NCBI RefSeq assembly: GCF_028368995.1
Contig: NZ_JAQNDL010000001.1
Location: 1,920,001 to 1,984,000 of the forward strand
DNA: 64,000 nucleotides
Reading direction: 5' to 3'
Source of the DNA: Nannocystis bainbridge
Lineage (GTDB): Bacteria > Myxococcota_A > Polyangia > Nannocystales > Nannocystaceae
Shown piece by piece: positions 1-9,717 of this stretch. Every line of letters starts with the position of its first letter. The first letter of the stretch is position 1. The position numbers were made by a program, and so were the translations under genes. The notes under the pieces are model-generated. The model saw only the letters and a program-made list of their open reading frames with translations, searched no databases and was not told the origin of the DNA.

Positions 1-246
1 CCCGTAGATCCACAGCAGCCACAGCTGCGACAGCCCGCCGGCCGCCACCAGCCCGGTGACGAGCAGCGGGGTGTCGGCGGCGAACTGCGTCGCGGCCATG
101 CTCGCGCCCGCTTGCCAGCCGCGCAGGGTGCGGCCGGCCAGGAAGAACTCGCCGAGATCGCGCGAGGCCAGCCGGCGCGCCCGCAGGCCCGCGCTCACCG
201 AGTAGGCGACGAAGGCGAGGACGAGGACGAGGTCGAGCACGCGCAC
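1..246 (-). CDS. Sodium:solute symporter family protein, N-terminal part (runs off window)
   Basis: Manual translation from GTG 246: VRVLDLVLVLAFVAYSVSAG...EFFLAGRTLRGWQAGASMAATQFAADTPLLVTG, the typical SSF N-terminus (FFLAGR...SM.AT.F). Confidence 0.8.
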   Translation of the reverse strand, partial: MRVLDLVLVLAFVAYSVSAGLRARRLASRDLGEFFLAGRTLRGWQAGASMAATQFAADTPLLVTGLVAAGGLSQLWLLWIYG

Positions 247-342
247 GAGGGTTTGGTCCGGGCCGCCCGCCCGAGCAACCCGCTGCACACCGGACCAGCG
301 CGCTGAGCCGCGGGCGCGAGTTGCGATACAGTCGCCGCGCGC

Positions 343-1203
343 ATGACCGACCCCGCCGAGACCCCGCCCGCCGAGCTCGCGCGCCTGCGTCGGCGCGTCG
401 CCGAGCTCGAGGCCGAGGCCGCGGCGCTGCGGGCCAGCGAGGCCGAGCTGCGGGCCATGTTCGCCGGGATGACCGACGCCGTGCTGATCGTCGACCGCGA
501 CGGCCGCTACCTGCGGCTGCCGGAGACCGCCCCCGGCTCGCGCTACAAGCCCGCGCCGGAGTTCCTCGGCAAGACCATGCACGAGGTCATGCCGCCGGCC
601 CAGGCCGACATGTTCCTCGCCGACATCCGCCAGGCCCTCGGCGAGGGCCGCGTCATCAACACCGTCTACAGCCGCACGATCGCCGGCGAAGAGCTGTGGT
701 TCAGCGCCAACGCCTCCCCGCTGACCACCAACTCGGTGCTCGTGGTCGCCCGCGACATCACCGACCAGGTCCGCCACGAGCAGGCCCTGCGCGACAACCT
801 GCGCCAGCAACAGCTGCTGCGCGAGCACGAGTCCGCGCTGCTGCGGCTGTCGGCCCCGCTGATCCCGATCCGCGACGACATCCTCGTCATGCCGATGATC
901 GGCCGCCTCGACGCCGCCCGCCTCGACCAGGCGCTGGAGACCCTCTTGCAAGGCCTCGCGTCCGCGCGCGCCCGGGTGGCGATCGTCGACCTCACCGGCG
1001 TCGCCGAGATCGACGAGGCCGCCGCCGCCGGCCTGGCCCGCACCGCCCGCGCCGCCGGCCTGCTCGGCGCCCGCCTGGTGTGGACCGGCCTGCGCCCCGC
1101 CGTCGCCGCCGCGCTGGCGTCCCTGGCCATCGAGCCGACCGGCATCGCAGTCCGCGCGACCCTGCAGGACGCCGTCCGCGAAGCCACCGCCGGCCGCGCC
1201 TGA
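343..1203 (+). CDS. PAS + STAS domain protein (RsbR-like)
   Basis: PAS (DAVLIVDRDGRY...VARDIT) followed by STAS (LSAPLIPI...PMIGRLD...IVDLTGV..ID...TGLRPAVA). Confidence 0.9.
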   Translation: MTDPAETPPAELARLRRRVAELEAEAAALRASEAELRAMFAGMTDAVLIVDRDGRYLRLPETAPGSRYKPAPEFLGKTMHEVMPPAQADMFLADIRQALGEGRVINTVYSRTIAGEELWFSANASPLTTNSVLVVARDITDQVRHEQALRDNLRQQQLLREHESALLRLSAPLIPIRDDILVMPMIGRLDAARLDQALETLLQGLASARARVAIVDLTGVAEIDEAAAAGLARTARAAGLLGARLVWTGLRPAVAAALASLAIEPTGIAVRATLQDAVREATAGRA

Positions 1204-1223
1204 GCTTCTCGTTTGGAAAGAAA

Positions 1224-1303
1224 GGCCATGTCCTCTCGGGCATGCCCTTGCAGACATGTACTATCGGGCATGACCTCGCGGACATGCCCTTCAAAACATG
1301 TCC
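1224..1303. repeat. 14-bp-period palindromic CATG array (6 units)
   Basis: CATG at 1227, 1241, 1255, 1269, 1283, 1297; unit ~RRRCATGYYY-N4. Confidence 0.85.
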
Positions 1304-1316
1304 GATTCGCCTGACT

Positions 1317-1790
1317 TCACCCGTGGGCGAAGAAGTGGCGCAGCTGGATGTCGGCGTCGTCGACCGCGCGGTGCGGCAGGTCGACGCGGAAGATCCGGCC
1401 GCGGGCCTCGAACCACGACGACGCGCACACCGCCTTGAAGCCGAACGGGTTGTCGCCGAGGAAGGTCCACGCGTACCAGACGACCCATGGCCAGTCGAAC
1501 GCCGCCGGGCGGGCGATGAAGCTGGCCCGCCGCTCGCGGTGCGGCAGCGTCCATTCGGCGAACCGGCGCATCGCCTCCGCGGGCGGCAGGCCGTCCTTCT
1601 GGGCCCGCGCGAACGACCCGCGGCTGGCCCGCACCGCCTCCCCGATCGGCGCGATCAGGACCTCGAAGCGATCGATCACCCCGCGCTCCGGCGTGCCGAC
1701 GACCGCGCCCAATTCGGTGAGCGAGTGATGGCCGAGGATCGGCCCCGAGGTCTCGACGTCGACCATGATCCACGGTCGGTCGCGGCTCAT
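1317..1790 (-). CDS. DEDDh 3'-5' exonuclease
   Basis: MSRDRPWIMVDVETSG (Exo I), AAFDW (Exo II), NPFG, HRAVDDA (Exo III). Confidence 0.85.
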   Translation of the reverse strand: MSRDRPWIMVDVETSGPILGHHSLTELGAVVGTPERGVIDRFEVLIAPIGEAVRASRGSFARAQKDGLPPAEAMRRFAEWTLPHRERRASFIARPAAFDWPWVVWYAWTFLGDNPFGFKAVCASSWFEARGRIFRVDLPHRAVDDADIQLRHFFAHG

Positions 1791-2362
1791 CGCGGCCTCC
1801 GGGCCCCGCGCGCCGGGATCGCCGCGCGGCCGAGCGCGTACGGCAGCAGGCGGGCGATGTTCCGCGCGTCGTCGATGCCGCGGTGGTGCGTCCCGGTCGG
1901 CTCGAGCCCGACGCGGCGCAGCGCCCCGTAGGTGCCGCTCTGGGCCTCGCCGGCGGCCCGGGCGAACGCCTCCTTGAGGTTCAGGTGGCCCGGCCCGAGC
2001 GGCGCGCGCACGCCGGCGCGCCGGGCGTCCCGCGCCAGTTGGTTGCGGTCGTAGCCGCCCCACGAGCAGAACAGCGCGCCCTGCCCGAACGCGGCCAGCT
2101 TCGGCGCGACCGCGCGGAACGGCGGCGCGCCGGCCACGTCGGCCTGGGTGATCGTCGTCAGCTCGACGCAGAACGGCGACAGCCGTGGGTGCACCCGCGG
2201 GCGCACGAAGGTCTGGAATTCGGCGATCGGCGCCAGCGTGGCCGCGTCGACCAGGACGGCGCCGATCTCGATGATCTCGCTCTCCTCGCGCGGCACGGCG
2301 CCTTGATCGTCGCAGGTCGCCTCGAGGTCGACGACGAGGTAGCGGTGGATGGTCTCGGACAT
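1787..2362 (-). CDS. DEDDh 3'-5' exonuclease, ERI-1/KapD-like
   Basis: YLVVDLEATC...EIIEIGAV...FQTFVRP...LSPFCVELTTITQ...SWGGYD...HHRGIDDARNI; ATGA overlap with downstream exonuclease. Confidence 0.9.
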   Translation of the reverse strand: MSETIHRYLVVDLEATCDDQGAVPREESEIIEIGAVLVDAATLAPIAEFQTFVRPRVHPRLSPFCVELTTITQADVAGAPPFRAVAPKLAAFGQGALFCSWGGYDRNQLARDARRAGVRAPLGPGHLNLKEAFARAAGEAQSGTYGALRRVGLEPTGTHHRGIDDARNIARLLPYALGRAAIPARGARRPR

Positions 2363-2419
2363 GGTGTTACGGGCTGCGCGGTGGCAAAGCTTCCTTTCGC
2401 GGCCAGGTATAGTGTCGGC

Positions 2420-3412
2420 GTGGCCGACGAGGGCGGACAGGATTCCGGACAAGCCGCGGGCTTCACCTGGGGCGACCTGCTGGCGGCGCTGATCGAGGAG
2501 CACGGCACGCTCGCCGCGGTCGCGTGGAAGTTGATCGAGCAGGCGCCCGGCGACGACGTGGCGTCGATCGAGCGCGCGCTGCGGCGGCTGCGGCGGCGCG
2601 GCCAGCTCGACGGCGGGATCTGGGGCCAGCGCCTGCTGCGGGTGTTCGGGGTGCCGACGTCGGTCGAGTCGCGGGTGCGCTGGATGGGCCTCTATCACAG
2701 CCCGTTCGGCGACCTGCCGCTGCCGCTGTGCGTCGATCAGCTGCGGCTGTGGGACCGGCCGCCGGTGTCGACCTCGCGCGCGCGCGTGTGGCTGCATCTC
2801 GGCCACGCCAGCTGTGCGCTGCGGGCCCGCGGGCTCGACGAGGCGAGCGCCCAGCTGACGAAGGCCAGCGCCGCGCTGGCCGGCCTGGCCGGCCACGACG
2901 ACGCCCGCGTCGAGCTGGCGCTGGTCCAGGCCTACGCCACCAGCCAGCGCGGCGAGCCGGTCCACCCGGCCCTCGACGCCGCCCAGAAAATGCTGGCGAC
3001 GGCCACGCTCGCGCCCGCCGACGCGGCCTGCTTCCACGCGCGCCTGCTCGACCAGCGCGCCTATCAATGCAACCGCGCCGGCGAGCACGCGGCCGCGCTG
3101 GCGCTGTTCGAGGCGCTGCCCACCATCGATGTCCATCCATTCGCCAGCTACCGCCGCGACGCCGGGCTGGCGTTCGGCTACCTCCGCGCCGGCCGCCCCG
3201 ACGAGGCGCTGCGCCTGGCCCTGCGAGCCTGCGAGCACGCGGGCGACGGCGGCTACACCCGCCTGCGGGCGATGGGCCTGCTGCTGGTCGCGCGCATCCA
3301 GGGCTCGCCCGCGGGTGACGGCGCCCGGGCCCGCGCCCACGCGATCGCCGGGCGCCTCGGCGACCACGAGCTGCTGGCCCGCGTCGAACGCCAGCAGCGC
3401 CGCGAGGCGTGA
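2420..3412 (+). CDS. Hypothetical protein with TPR-like helical repeats
   Basis: GC3-biased frame from GTG 2420; Ala/Leu-rich helical repeats (AFGYLRAGRPDEALRLA). Confidence 0.65.
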   Translation: MADEGGQDSGQAAGFTWGDLLAALIEEHGTLAAVAWKLIEQAPGDDVASIERALRRLRRRGQLDGGIWGQRLLRVFGVPTSVESRVRWMGLYHSPFGDLPLPLCVDQLRLWDRPPVSTSRARVWLHLGHASCALRARGLDEASAQLTKASAALAGLAGHDDARVELALVQAYATSQRGEPVHPALDAAQKMLATATLAPADAACFHARLLDQRAYQCNRAGEHAAALALFEALPTIDVHPFASYRRDAGLAFGYLRAGRPDEALRLALRACEHAGDGGYTRLRAMGLLLVARIQGSPAGDGARARAHAIAGRLGDHELLARVERQQRREA

Positions 3413-3463
3413 ATCATGGTGACGCGCGCAAGCGCGTGAATCACCGCAGCAGCGAGGAGCGCA

Positions 3464-3790
3464 TCACAGCACTATGAGCATCACCGCGGCGGCGAAGCGA
3501 CGCGGAGTGATGCATACAGCGCCGCGAGGATCACCGCGCGAGGTCGATCGCCACGACGAGCCGCCTTCTCGCTCGCCGTCCAGGAACTCCTCGCGGTCCG
3601 GCCCCTTCACGATCGCCTTCACCTCGGCCGGCCAGCCCTCGAGCTTCGCCTCCAGCGCCGCGCCCTCGGTATGGGCCTGCCGCAACAGCTCGAGCCGGGC
3701 GTCCAGCTCCTCGCGCGAATCGAGCCGGTCGTACTGATCGATGCCGTCCATGAAGGCGTTCAGCCGGGCCTGGTACGAAAGAGTCCGCCC
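3464..3790 (-). pseudogene. Probable gene fragment
   Basis: Short stretch with coding-like codon bias (YQARLNAFMDGIDQYDRLDSREELD...) but no good start and a degenerate 3' end. Confidence 0.3.
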
Positions 3791-3919
3791 CGGCGACGCG
3801 GCACCCGACGGCTGGCTTTGCCACCCGCCCTGCTCCCGCGCCCGTCCTGCCCACTCCAGCCGCCCCCGTGCGCAGCGCTTCAGGCGGAGGACGCTCGCTC
3901 GCCACGAGCGCTCGCGCGC

Positions 3920-5329
3920 TCACGCCAGCAGCTCGGCGTATTCGCCATGATCGAGCCCCGCCCGCCCGAACTCCGTGACCGGCGCCCCGTCCTCGCCGGT
4001 GCAGCCGACCGCGTTGAGCAGCGTGATCAGCAGGCGGTTGTGCGGGTATCGCAGGTCCCACGGGTCCGCGTCGCCGACCAGGTCGAGGTATTGCCCCTGC
4101 TTGAGGTAGCCGCCCGCGCCGCCCGCGATCACCGTCGGCAGGTCGACGTACGAGTGGATCCGGCCCTCCGACAGCTCGTGCATCCACACGACAGCCGAGC
4201 GGTCCAGCACCGTGCCGTCGCCCTCCTCGTAGGCGGCCAGGCGCGCCAGCAGGTGCCCGAACTGCTGCGCGTGCCAGCGATCGATCTGCGCCAGCATCTC
4301 CTTGTAACCGGCCACCTCCTCGCCGCTGTCGTCGTCCTTGGTGTTGCCGTGCGACAGCTTGTGGTGGTTGTATTCGTGATCGATCCCGTCCCATTGATAG
4401 ATCGGCCCGCCCGAGCCCGACGCCCACTGGATCGTCGCCACCTGCGTCGCCCCGCACGCGATCGCCATCGCCAGCACGTCGAGCTGCATGCGCCCGATCG
4501 CCTTGAACTCGGCGTCGAGCAGCACCGCCTCCGGATCGATCGCCGCGAGCTCGGCCGCCCGCGCGGGGTCGAGGGCGCAGGCGATGATACCGTTGCCGGC
4601 CATCTCGAGCTCGAGGTCGCGGATCGAGTCGGCGTGCATCTCGAGCTTCAGCGCGTCGTCCTTGCCGAGGCCGCGCGCCTTGAGCGACTTGAACTCGTCC
4701 TCGACCAGATCGAGCACGCTCTGCCGCCGCGCGGCGATCTTCAGCTTGGCCCCCTCGTCGAGCCCGCCCAGGCCCATGAGATCCTGGTACGTCAGCCACG
4801 GGTTGCCCTCGGGCGTCACCGGCATGCCGCTGCCCGCATACGAGATGTGGCCGAACACGTCGGAGTGACGCCAGCCGACCGACAGCGTCAGCGACGGCCG
4901 CCCGTCCTTGTTGAGCCGCGCGGCCGCGAATTGATCGACGGAGACGCCGCACGCATAGAGCGTGTCCGGGTCGAGCGGCTGGGCGGTGAGCTTGTGGCCC
5001 ATGCCCATGGCATGATCGTTGCCTGCGGTCCCGGGATCGTGCCCCCACCCCTTGGGCACCATGTGCAGACCGCGCGGAATCAACAGCCTGTCCCGGTACG
5101 CGGCCAGCGGCTCGAGCGCCGTGCCCGTCAGCGATTCCACGGTCACCGGGCCAGGCGCCTGCGGAAAGAAACTCTCCATGTCGACGCCGTTGCAGGTGAA
5201 GAACACGACCAGCCGCTTGCCACCGGGCTCGGCCGCCCGCGCCGTGCCGCGCCGCCAGAGCAGCGATTCGAGGCACGGCAAAGCGACCGCGACCCCGCCC
5301 GCGCCTCGCAAGAACATCCGTCGCCTCAT
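3920..5329 (-). CDS. DUF1552 (HXXSHH) family protein with Tat-like signal
   Basis: MRRRMFLRGAGGVAVALPCLESL, KRLVVFFTCNG, SVDQFAA, HHKLSH, GTVLD, H...DLP.VIAG. Confidence 0.9.
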   Translation of the reverse strand: MRRRMFLRGAGGVAVALPCLESLLWRRGTARAAEPGGKRLVVFFTCNGVDMESFFPQAPGPVTVESLTGTALEPLAAYRDRLLIPRGLHMVPKGWGHDPGTAGNDHAMGMGHKLTAQPLDPDTLYACGVSVDQFAAARLNKDGRPSLTLSVGWRHSDVFGHISYAGSGMPVTPEGNPWLTYQDLMGLGGLDEGAKLKIAARRQSVLDLVEDEFKSLKARGLGKDDALKLEMHADSIRDLELEMAGNGIIACALDPARAAELAAIDPEAVLLDAEFKAIGRMQLDVLAMAIACGATQVATIQWASGSGGPIYQWDGIDHEYNHHKLSHGNTKDDDSGEEVAGYKEMLAQIDRWHAQQFGHLLARLAAYEEGDGTVLDRSAVVWMHELSEGRIHSYVDLPTVIAGGAGGYLKQGQYLDLVGDADPWDLRYPHNRLLITLLNAVGCTGEDGAPVTEFGRAGLDHGEYAELLA

Positions 5330-5665
5330 GCTGCAGCTCGCTCCGACCGCGTGGGAGACCCGACTCGCACCACCAGCAATGCCCCGAGGGGCCTCCGCCG
5401 GGCGAGCCGCGAATCCGTCGCGGCGCCAATTGACCCCGGCTTGCCGCGTTCCATCCGGCGCTGCCATGAATTCCCGCGCGGCCCGAGGTCACGCCCCGCC
5501 GGCCGACGGATGCCAGCAGAAGCGGCCAGCGACCTCGACGGACGACCGGCGTTCACTTCGTGGGTGGACGCCATTCACGCGCTGCAGACGTCACACCCGG
5601 CGCCAAATCCGCCGTGACATGTGCCATCCATGTCCTATGATAAGACCGTCTCTCAGGCACCCCTG

Positions 5666-6856
5666 CTATCGGCCCGGCCACCAGCGCGGCAGCAGCAGCG
5701 CCACCGCTCGCATCTCGAGCGATTTGCGGACCACCCGCTCGGCCGCCGCCGTCGCCCGCGCGCACCAGCCGGACGCCTCCTCGCCGCGCACCAGCGCCGA
5801 TGGGTCCGCGCGTGCCTCGGCCAGCAGCTGCTCCATCGCCGCGATCGCCCGCGCCAGCGAGGCCGTCGCCGGCGCGCGCCAGCGATCGTCCTCGATCGGT
5901 TGCAGGCCACGTTTCACCGCCTCGGCATCACCGCGACGGACAGCGGCCACGACCGCGTCGATCTGGCGATAGCGGGCCTCGGCCCGCTCCTCGCCCGGCA
6001 GGATGAACGACCCGTGCGGCGTGCCCAGCGTCTCGAACACGTACGCGCGGTCGGACTCCATCTCCGACGTGAAGTGCCAGCGCTGCGCGTCGTCGTGCAA
6101 GAACGTCCAGATGTCGTTGATCCGCATGTCCTCGCCGCGCGGCAGGATCGCGTCGGTGACGAGGCCATAGCGCAGCTGATGATTCTTGCGGTCGAGCGAG
6201 CGGCGGTCCATCAGCACCAGCGGCCGCGTCACCTGATCGAGCGGGATCCACACATTGAGCAGGGCCAGGCGCGAGCGACCATTGCGGCGCTGCGGTGAAT
6301 CGTGGCGGAACAGCCACGGCGCCGCCCCGCGCAGCAGCTGCCGCAGCGGCGTGCCCTCGACGTCCTGATCGGCGTGCACCGCCACCGATGCGTCGTGCTC
6401 GTTCATCTCCGGGTTGGGTTCGCGCGGCAGCGCCATCCCGTTCGGCCCGGCGCGGCGCATGAAGAACCCCTCGCGGGCGATGAACAGCAGCAGCAGGCGC
6501 TCGCCGCTCGCCAGCGCGAACGTGCGGCCGAGCAGGTGGCGGCGGATCTGGGCCACGTCGCCCGGGCCGAGCCGACCGGCCTCGCGCACCCGCGCGAACG
6601 CGGCCTGCAGCGCGCGCCGCCGCGAGAGGTCGAGGTAGGTGAAGCCGTGCTCGCGCAGCTCGGGCTGCAGCCCGCCCGGGGCCGAGGCATCGAACGCCGG
6701 GCAGGTCCGCCGATCGTACGAGGCCGGGTCGGCGCGCGTGTCCGGGTCGAGCGTCCGCGCGCGTCGCAGGCCGCGCTCGTCGAGCGAGACATCCTCGCTG
6801 CGGGTGAACGCCAGCTCGGCGTCGATGGCATGGATGGGGTCGGCGGCGGACGGCAT
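5666..6856 (-). CDS. CmcJ/NvfI/AsaB-like putative Fe(II)/2-oxoglutarate oxidoreductase
   Basis: VHADQD (HxD), LNVWIPL...PLVLMD, QRWHF.SEM, TPHGSF, terminal RKSLEMRAV. Confidence 0.6.
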   Translation of the reverse strand: MPSAADPIHAIDAELAFTRSEDVSLDERGLRRARTLDPDTRADPASYDRRTCPAFDASAPGGLQPELREHGFTYLDLSRRRALQAAFARVREAGRLGPGDVAQIRRHLLGRTFALASGERLLLLFIAREGFFMRRAGPNGMALPREPNPEMNEHDASVAVHADQDVEGTPLRQLLRGAAPWLFRHDSPQRRNGRSRLALLNVWIPLDQVTRPLVLMDRRSLDRKNHQLRYGLVTDAILPRGEDMRINDIWTFLHDDAQRWHFTSEMESDRAYVFETLGTPHGSFILPGEERAEARYRQIDAVVAAVRRGDAEAVKRGLQPIEDDRWRAPATASLARAIAAMEQLLAEARADPSALVRGEEASGWCARATAAAERVVRKSLEMRAVALLLPRWWPGR

Positions 6857-6939
6857 GCGGGGCGCTCGAACCCAGCTTAGCACCCGCCGGCGACGACGCG
6901 GCCCTGGTGCCGGCTGCGCGGCTGGGGCATCGTCCGCGC

Positions 6940-7722
6940 ATGCGCCTTGCCTTGCCCCTGCTCGCCACGACCCTCGCGCTCGCCGCTTGCCCCGGCCGCG
7001 GCAGTGACTCCGACACCGACGCGATCACGACGACGACCACCACCGCGACCACCGACACCACCGCGACCACCACCGACACCACCGCGACCACCACGACGAC
7101 CACCACTGCGAGCACCGACCCGACCGCGCCGACCACCGCCCTCACCGGCGGCGACGTCGTCCCGTGCGAAGATCGTCTGCCGCCCGCGGGTAGCCCGTGC
7201 GCCGTCGAAGGCGAGGTCTGCCAGCAAGGAGACGACCTGTGCGTCGAGTTCGTCGGCGCCACCTGTGAAGCCGGCGCGTGGGTCCATTTCACGAATCAGC
7301 CGGGGGCCGAATGTGAAGATGGGGACTGCGATCCGAGCAATCCTCCGCTCGAGGGCGATCCGTGCGCCGTCGAAGGCGCCTCCTGCTCCACCGATTGCTC
7401 TGACCAGTGCTCGTTCTGCAACGCCTGGGTCTGCAGCGAGGGCGCCTGGCAACGCGTCGAGGTGTTCCCGGAGCCGTGCCTCGAGTGCGAGGCCCTGTGC
7501 GACCTCGTGATCGTGCCGATGTGCGCCGGCGGCCCGCCCGACCCCGCCGCCTGCGTCGCCGGCTGCGAGGAGAGCAAGGCCGGCGCGTGCAAGGCCGAGT
7601 TCTCCGACCTGCGCGCGTGCGCCGGCGAGCAACCGACCTTCACCTGCGACGCAGCCGAGCGCCCGCTGGTCGCCGGCTGCGAGGATCCGTTCGCTGCGTT
7701 CTACGCCTGCTCGATGCCCTGA
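6940..7722 (+). CDS. Cys-rich lipoprotein with Thr-rich linker
   Basis: Lipobox LAAC, poly-Thr linker, repeated P..G.PC..EG..C modules. Confidence 0.8.
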   Translation: MRLALPLLATTLALAACPGRGSDSDTDAITTTTTTATTDTTATTTDTTATTTTTTTASTDPTAPTTALTGGDVVPCEDRLPPAGSPCAVEGEVCQQGDDLCVEFVGATCEAGAWVHFTNQPGAECEDGDCDPSNPPLEGDPCAVEGASCSTDCSDQCSFCNAWVCSEGAWQRVEVFPEPCLECEALCDLVIVPMCAGGPPDPAACVAGCEESKAGACKAEFSDLRACAGEQPTFTCDAAERPLVAGCEDPFAAFYACSMP

Positions 7723-7770
7723 GGCGCGCGCCTGGACACCACCGCCCCCCCGGGCCACAATGCGAGGACC

Positions 7771-8319
7771 ATGGCCGTGGACCCGACGCGTACGCTCGAG
7801 ATCTTCGTCTCCCCGCTGCGGACCCTGGGATACGCCGCGCTCGGCCTGGGGATGACCGCGGCCTGCCTCTCGCTGTTCTTCATCGCCCCGGCGGACGAGG
7901 AAGTCGTGGCCGCGGCGATCGGCGGCCTCGGCGTGCTGTTCTTCGGCCTCTGCACCTTCATGTGGCTGTGGCAGTGCTTCACCATGGGGGCGGTCGTCAC
8001 CCTCTCGCCCGAGGGCTTGCGCGACCTGCGAGTCGCCCGCGAGTTCATCCCCTGGGCCGCGATCGAGCGCATCTCCACCTGTACGGTGCAGAGCCAGCGC
8101 TTCCTGATCGTCGCGCTGCCGCCGGAGATCGAGCAGCGCCTGACGCTGACGCGGGTGGCCCGCTGGACGCGCGCGGCCAATCGCCGCCTCGTCGCCGACG
8201 GCCTGTTCGTGTCCGCGCACGGCCTCAAGGTCGATTTCGCCGCCCTGCGGGCCCTCGTCCACGCCTACGCCGTCGCCCACGGCGCCTCCGCGGCCGTCGA
8301 CGGCGTCGAGGCCGCCTGA
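7771..8319 (+). CDS. Membrane protein (STM3941/PH-domain-like)
   Basis: Two TM helices (GVLFFGLC) followed by VTLSPEGL.D....FIPW..I. Confidence 0.7.
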   Translation: MAVDPTRTLEIFVSPLRTLGYAALGLGMTAACLSLFFIAPADEEVVAAAIGGLGVLFFGLCTFMWLWQCFTMGAVVTLSPEGLRDLRVAREFIPWAAIERISTCTVQSQRFLIVALPPEIEQRLTLTRVARWTRAANRRLVADGLFVSAHGLKVDFAALRALVHAYAVAHGASAAVDGVEAA

Positions 8320-8438
8320 GCTCGCTCGCAGCATTGCGCTAACGCGCGTGAGCACCGGTGCCGGGGTCCGTCGCGCGGCGAATGAACTCGGATTCGTGGC
8401 ACGAGACCGCGCCTCAATCAAAGCAGTCGTAGCAACGA

Positions 8439-8472
8439 CCGCGGGCGGGCGCGGGCGGGCGCCCGCCCGCGG
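8439..8472. other. GC-rich inverted repeat (hairpin)
   Basis: CCGCGGGCGGGCGC-6nt-GCGCCCGCCCGCGG in the intergenic region. Confidence 0.45.
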
Positions 8473-8572
8473 GGCTTCCATGCATTGCGCCCACGGAGAC
8501 CTTTTGACCGCACCGGCCTCGCGTGATACCGTGCCGAACCATCATAGTTGCACCGTAGATTCGGAGGCACCC

Positions 8573-9583
8573 GTGCGCAATGACCCCTGGACCCCGGACG
8601 CCCTGCTCGATCACCTGCAGAAGGCCGTCTATCTCGAGCTCTGGACCATCCCGCTCTACCTGACTGCCGCCTATTCGCTGCAGGTCCCGGGCACCGACGC
8701 CCAGCACCCGCCGACGCTGACGCCGGTGCGCAGCCGCGACAACCCCAATCGCAGCCGCGAGCAGCTGGCGTTCAACAACATCTATTCGATCGTGGTGCAG
8801 GAGATGCTGCACCTCGAGCTGGCGGCCAATCTCTACAACGCGTTGTTCGCCGCGCGGGGCCACGCGCCGAGCTTCACGGGCGCGTGGGCGCCGCGCTACG
8901 ACGGGTTCCCGCCGTGGATCGGCTCGACCTTGCCGGTCCAGCTCGGGGCCGCCGACGCGACCCAGATGAAGCTGCTGGCCGCGGTCGAGACCCCGGAGCC
9001 TGCGGCCGATCCGCCGCCGGACGGGCCGCAGGCGGTCTACGACTCGATCGGGCAGTTCTACAAGGCCATCGAGCAGGGCCTCGACGCGCTGTGGGACACG
9101 CTCTACGACCCCGCGGCGGAGCACCGGCAGAAGAGCGAATTCGCCGACCCGGGCTACCCTGACGACGACTACACCGGCTTCAGCGCCGTGATCGCGGGCG
9201 ACAGCGCCACCGCGCGCCGGCAGGCCGACCAGATCGTCGGGGCCATCGTCGGCCAGGGCGAGGGCAGCCGCGGGCCGTTCATCGACGCCGACCTGCGCCC
9301 CGAGGACCTCGACGACCTCGAGGACCGCGTCAGCCACTTCGCCCGCTTCCGCATGGTCCAGGCGATGCTGAAGTTCGAGGGGCCGCTGCGCACCTACCCC
9401 ACGACCGGCAGCAGCGGGCTCGCGGCCGCCCAGCAGCAGCTCGACCTCGGCTTCTCGCGGCTGCTCGCGGCGCTCGAGAAGGGCTTCGCCGGCGCCGACC
9501 CGCTGGATCTGGGGGCGATGTGGGCGCTCCCGGGCCAGATCGTGGCGGTGTGGGCCGCCGGCGGGGTCCCGACATTCCGCTAA
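8573..9583 (+). CDS. Ferritin-like domain protein (VioB/RebD-type ferritin-like)
   Basis: LQKAVYLELWTIPLYLTAAYSL, IVVQEMLHLELAANL, SIGQFY, IVGQGEG, SHFARF; GGAGG upstream of GTG. Confidence 0.85.
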   Translation: MRNDPWTPDALLDHLQKAVYLELWTIPLYLTAAYSLQVPGTDAQHPPTLTPVRSRDNPNRSREQLAFNNIYSIVVQEMLHLELAANLYNALFAARGHAPSFTGAWAPRYDGFPPWIGSTLPVQLGAADATQMKLLAAVETPEPAADPPPDGPQAVYDSIGQFYKAIEQGLDALWDTLYDPAAEHRQKSEFADPGYPDDDYTGFSAVIAGDSATARRQADQIVGAIVGQGEGSRGPFIDADLRPEDLDDLEDRVSHFARFRMVQAMLKFEGPLRTYPTTGSSGLAAAQQQLDLGFSRLLAALEKGFAGADPLDLGAMWALPGQIVAVWAAGGVPTFR

Positions 9584-9717
9584 GTCGGCGGCGGCGCGGG
9601 CTGATCGCCGGGCGCCGCCGCGATCGCGCGGTGCGGTCCTTCGCGCTGCTACGATTCGACAGGGCCGATCGCCGCGCGGGGGACACTGTCTCCCGCGCGG
9701 TGCTGGCATTCGCGCTG

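Noticed and set aside
1224-1303. CATG unit matches the eukaryotic p53 half-site RRRCWWGYYY
   Set aside because: A short palindrome match with no plausible p53-like protein; treated as coincidence
5615-5636. Two CATG cores resembling the 14-bp family
   Set aside because: Spacing is 11 bp, not 14
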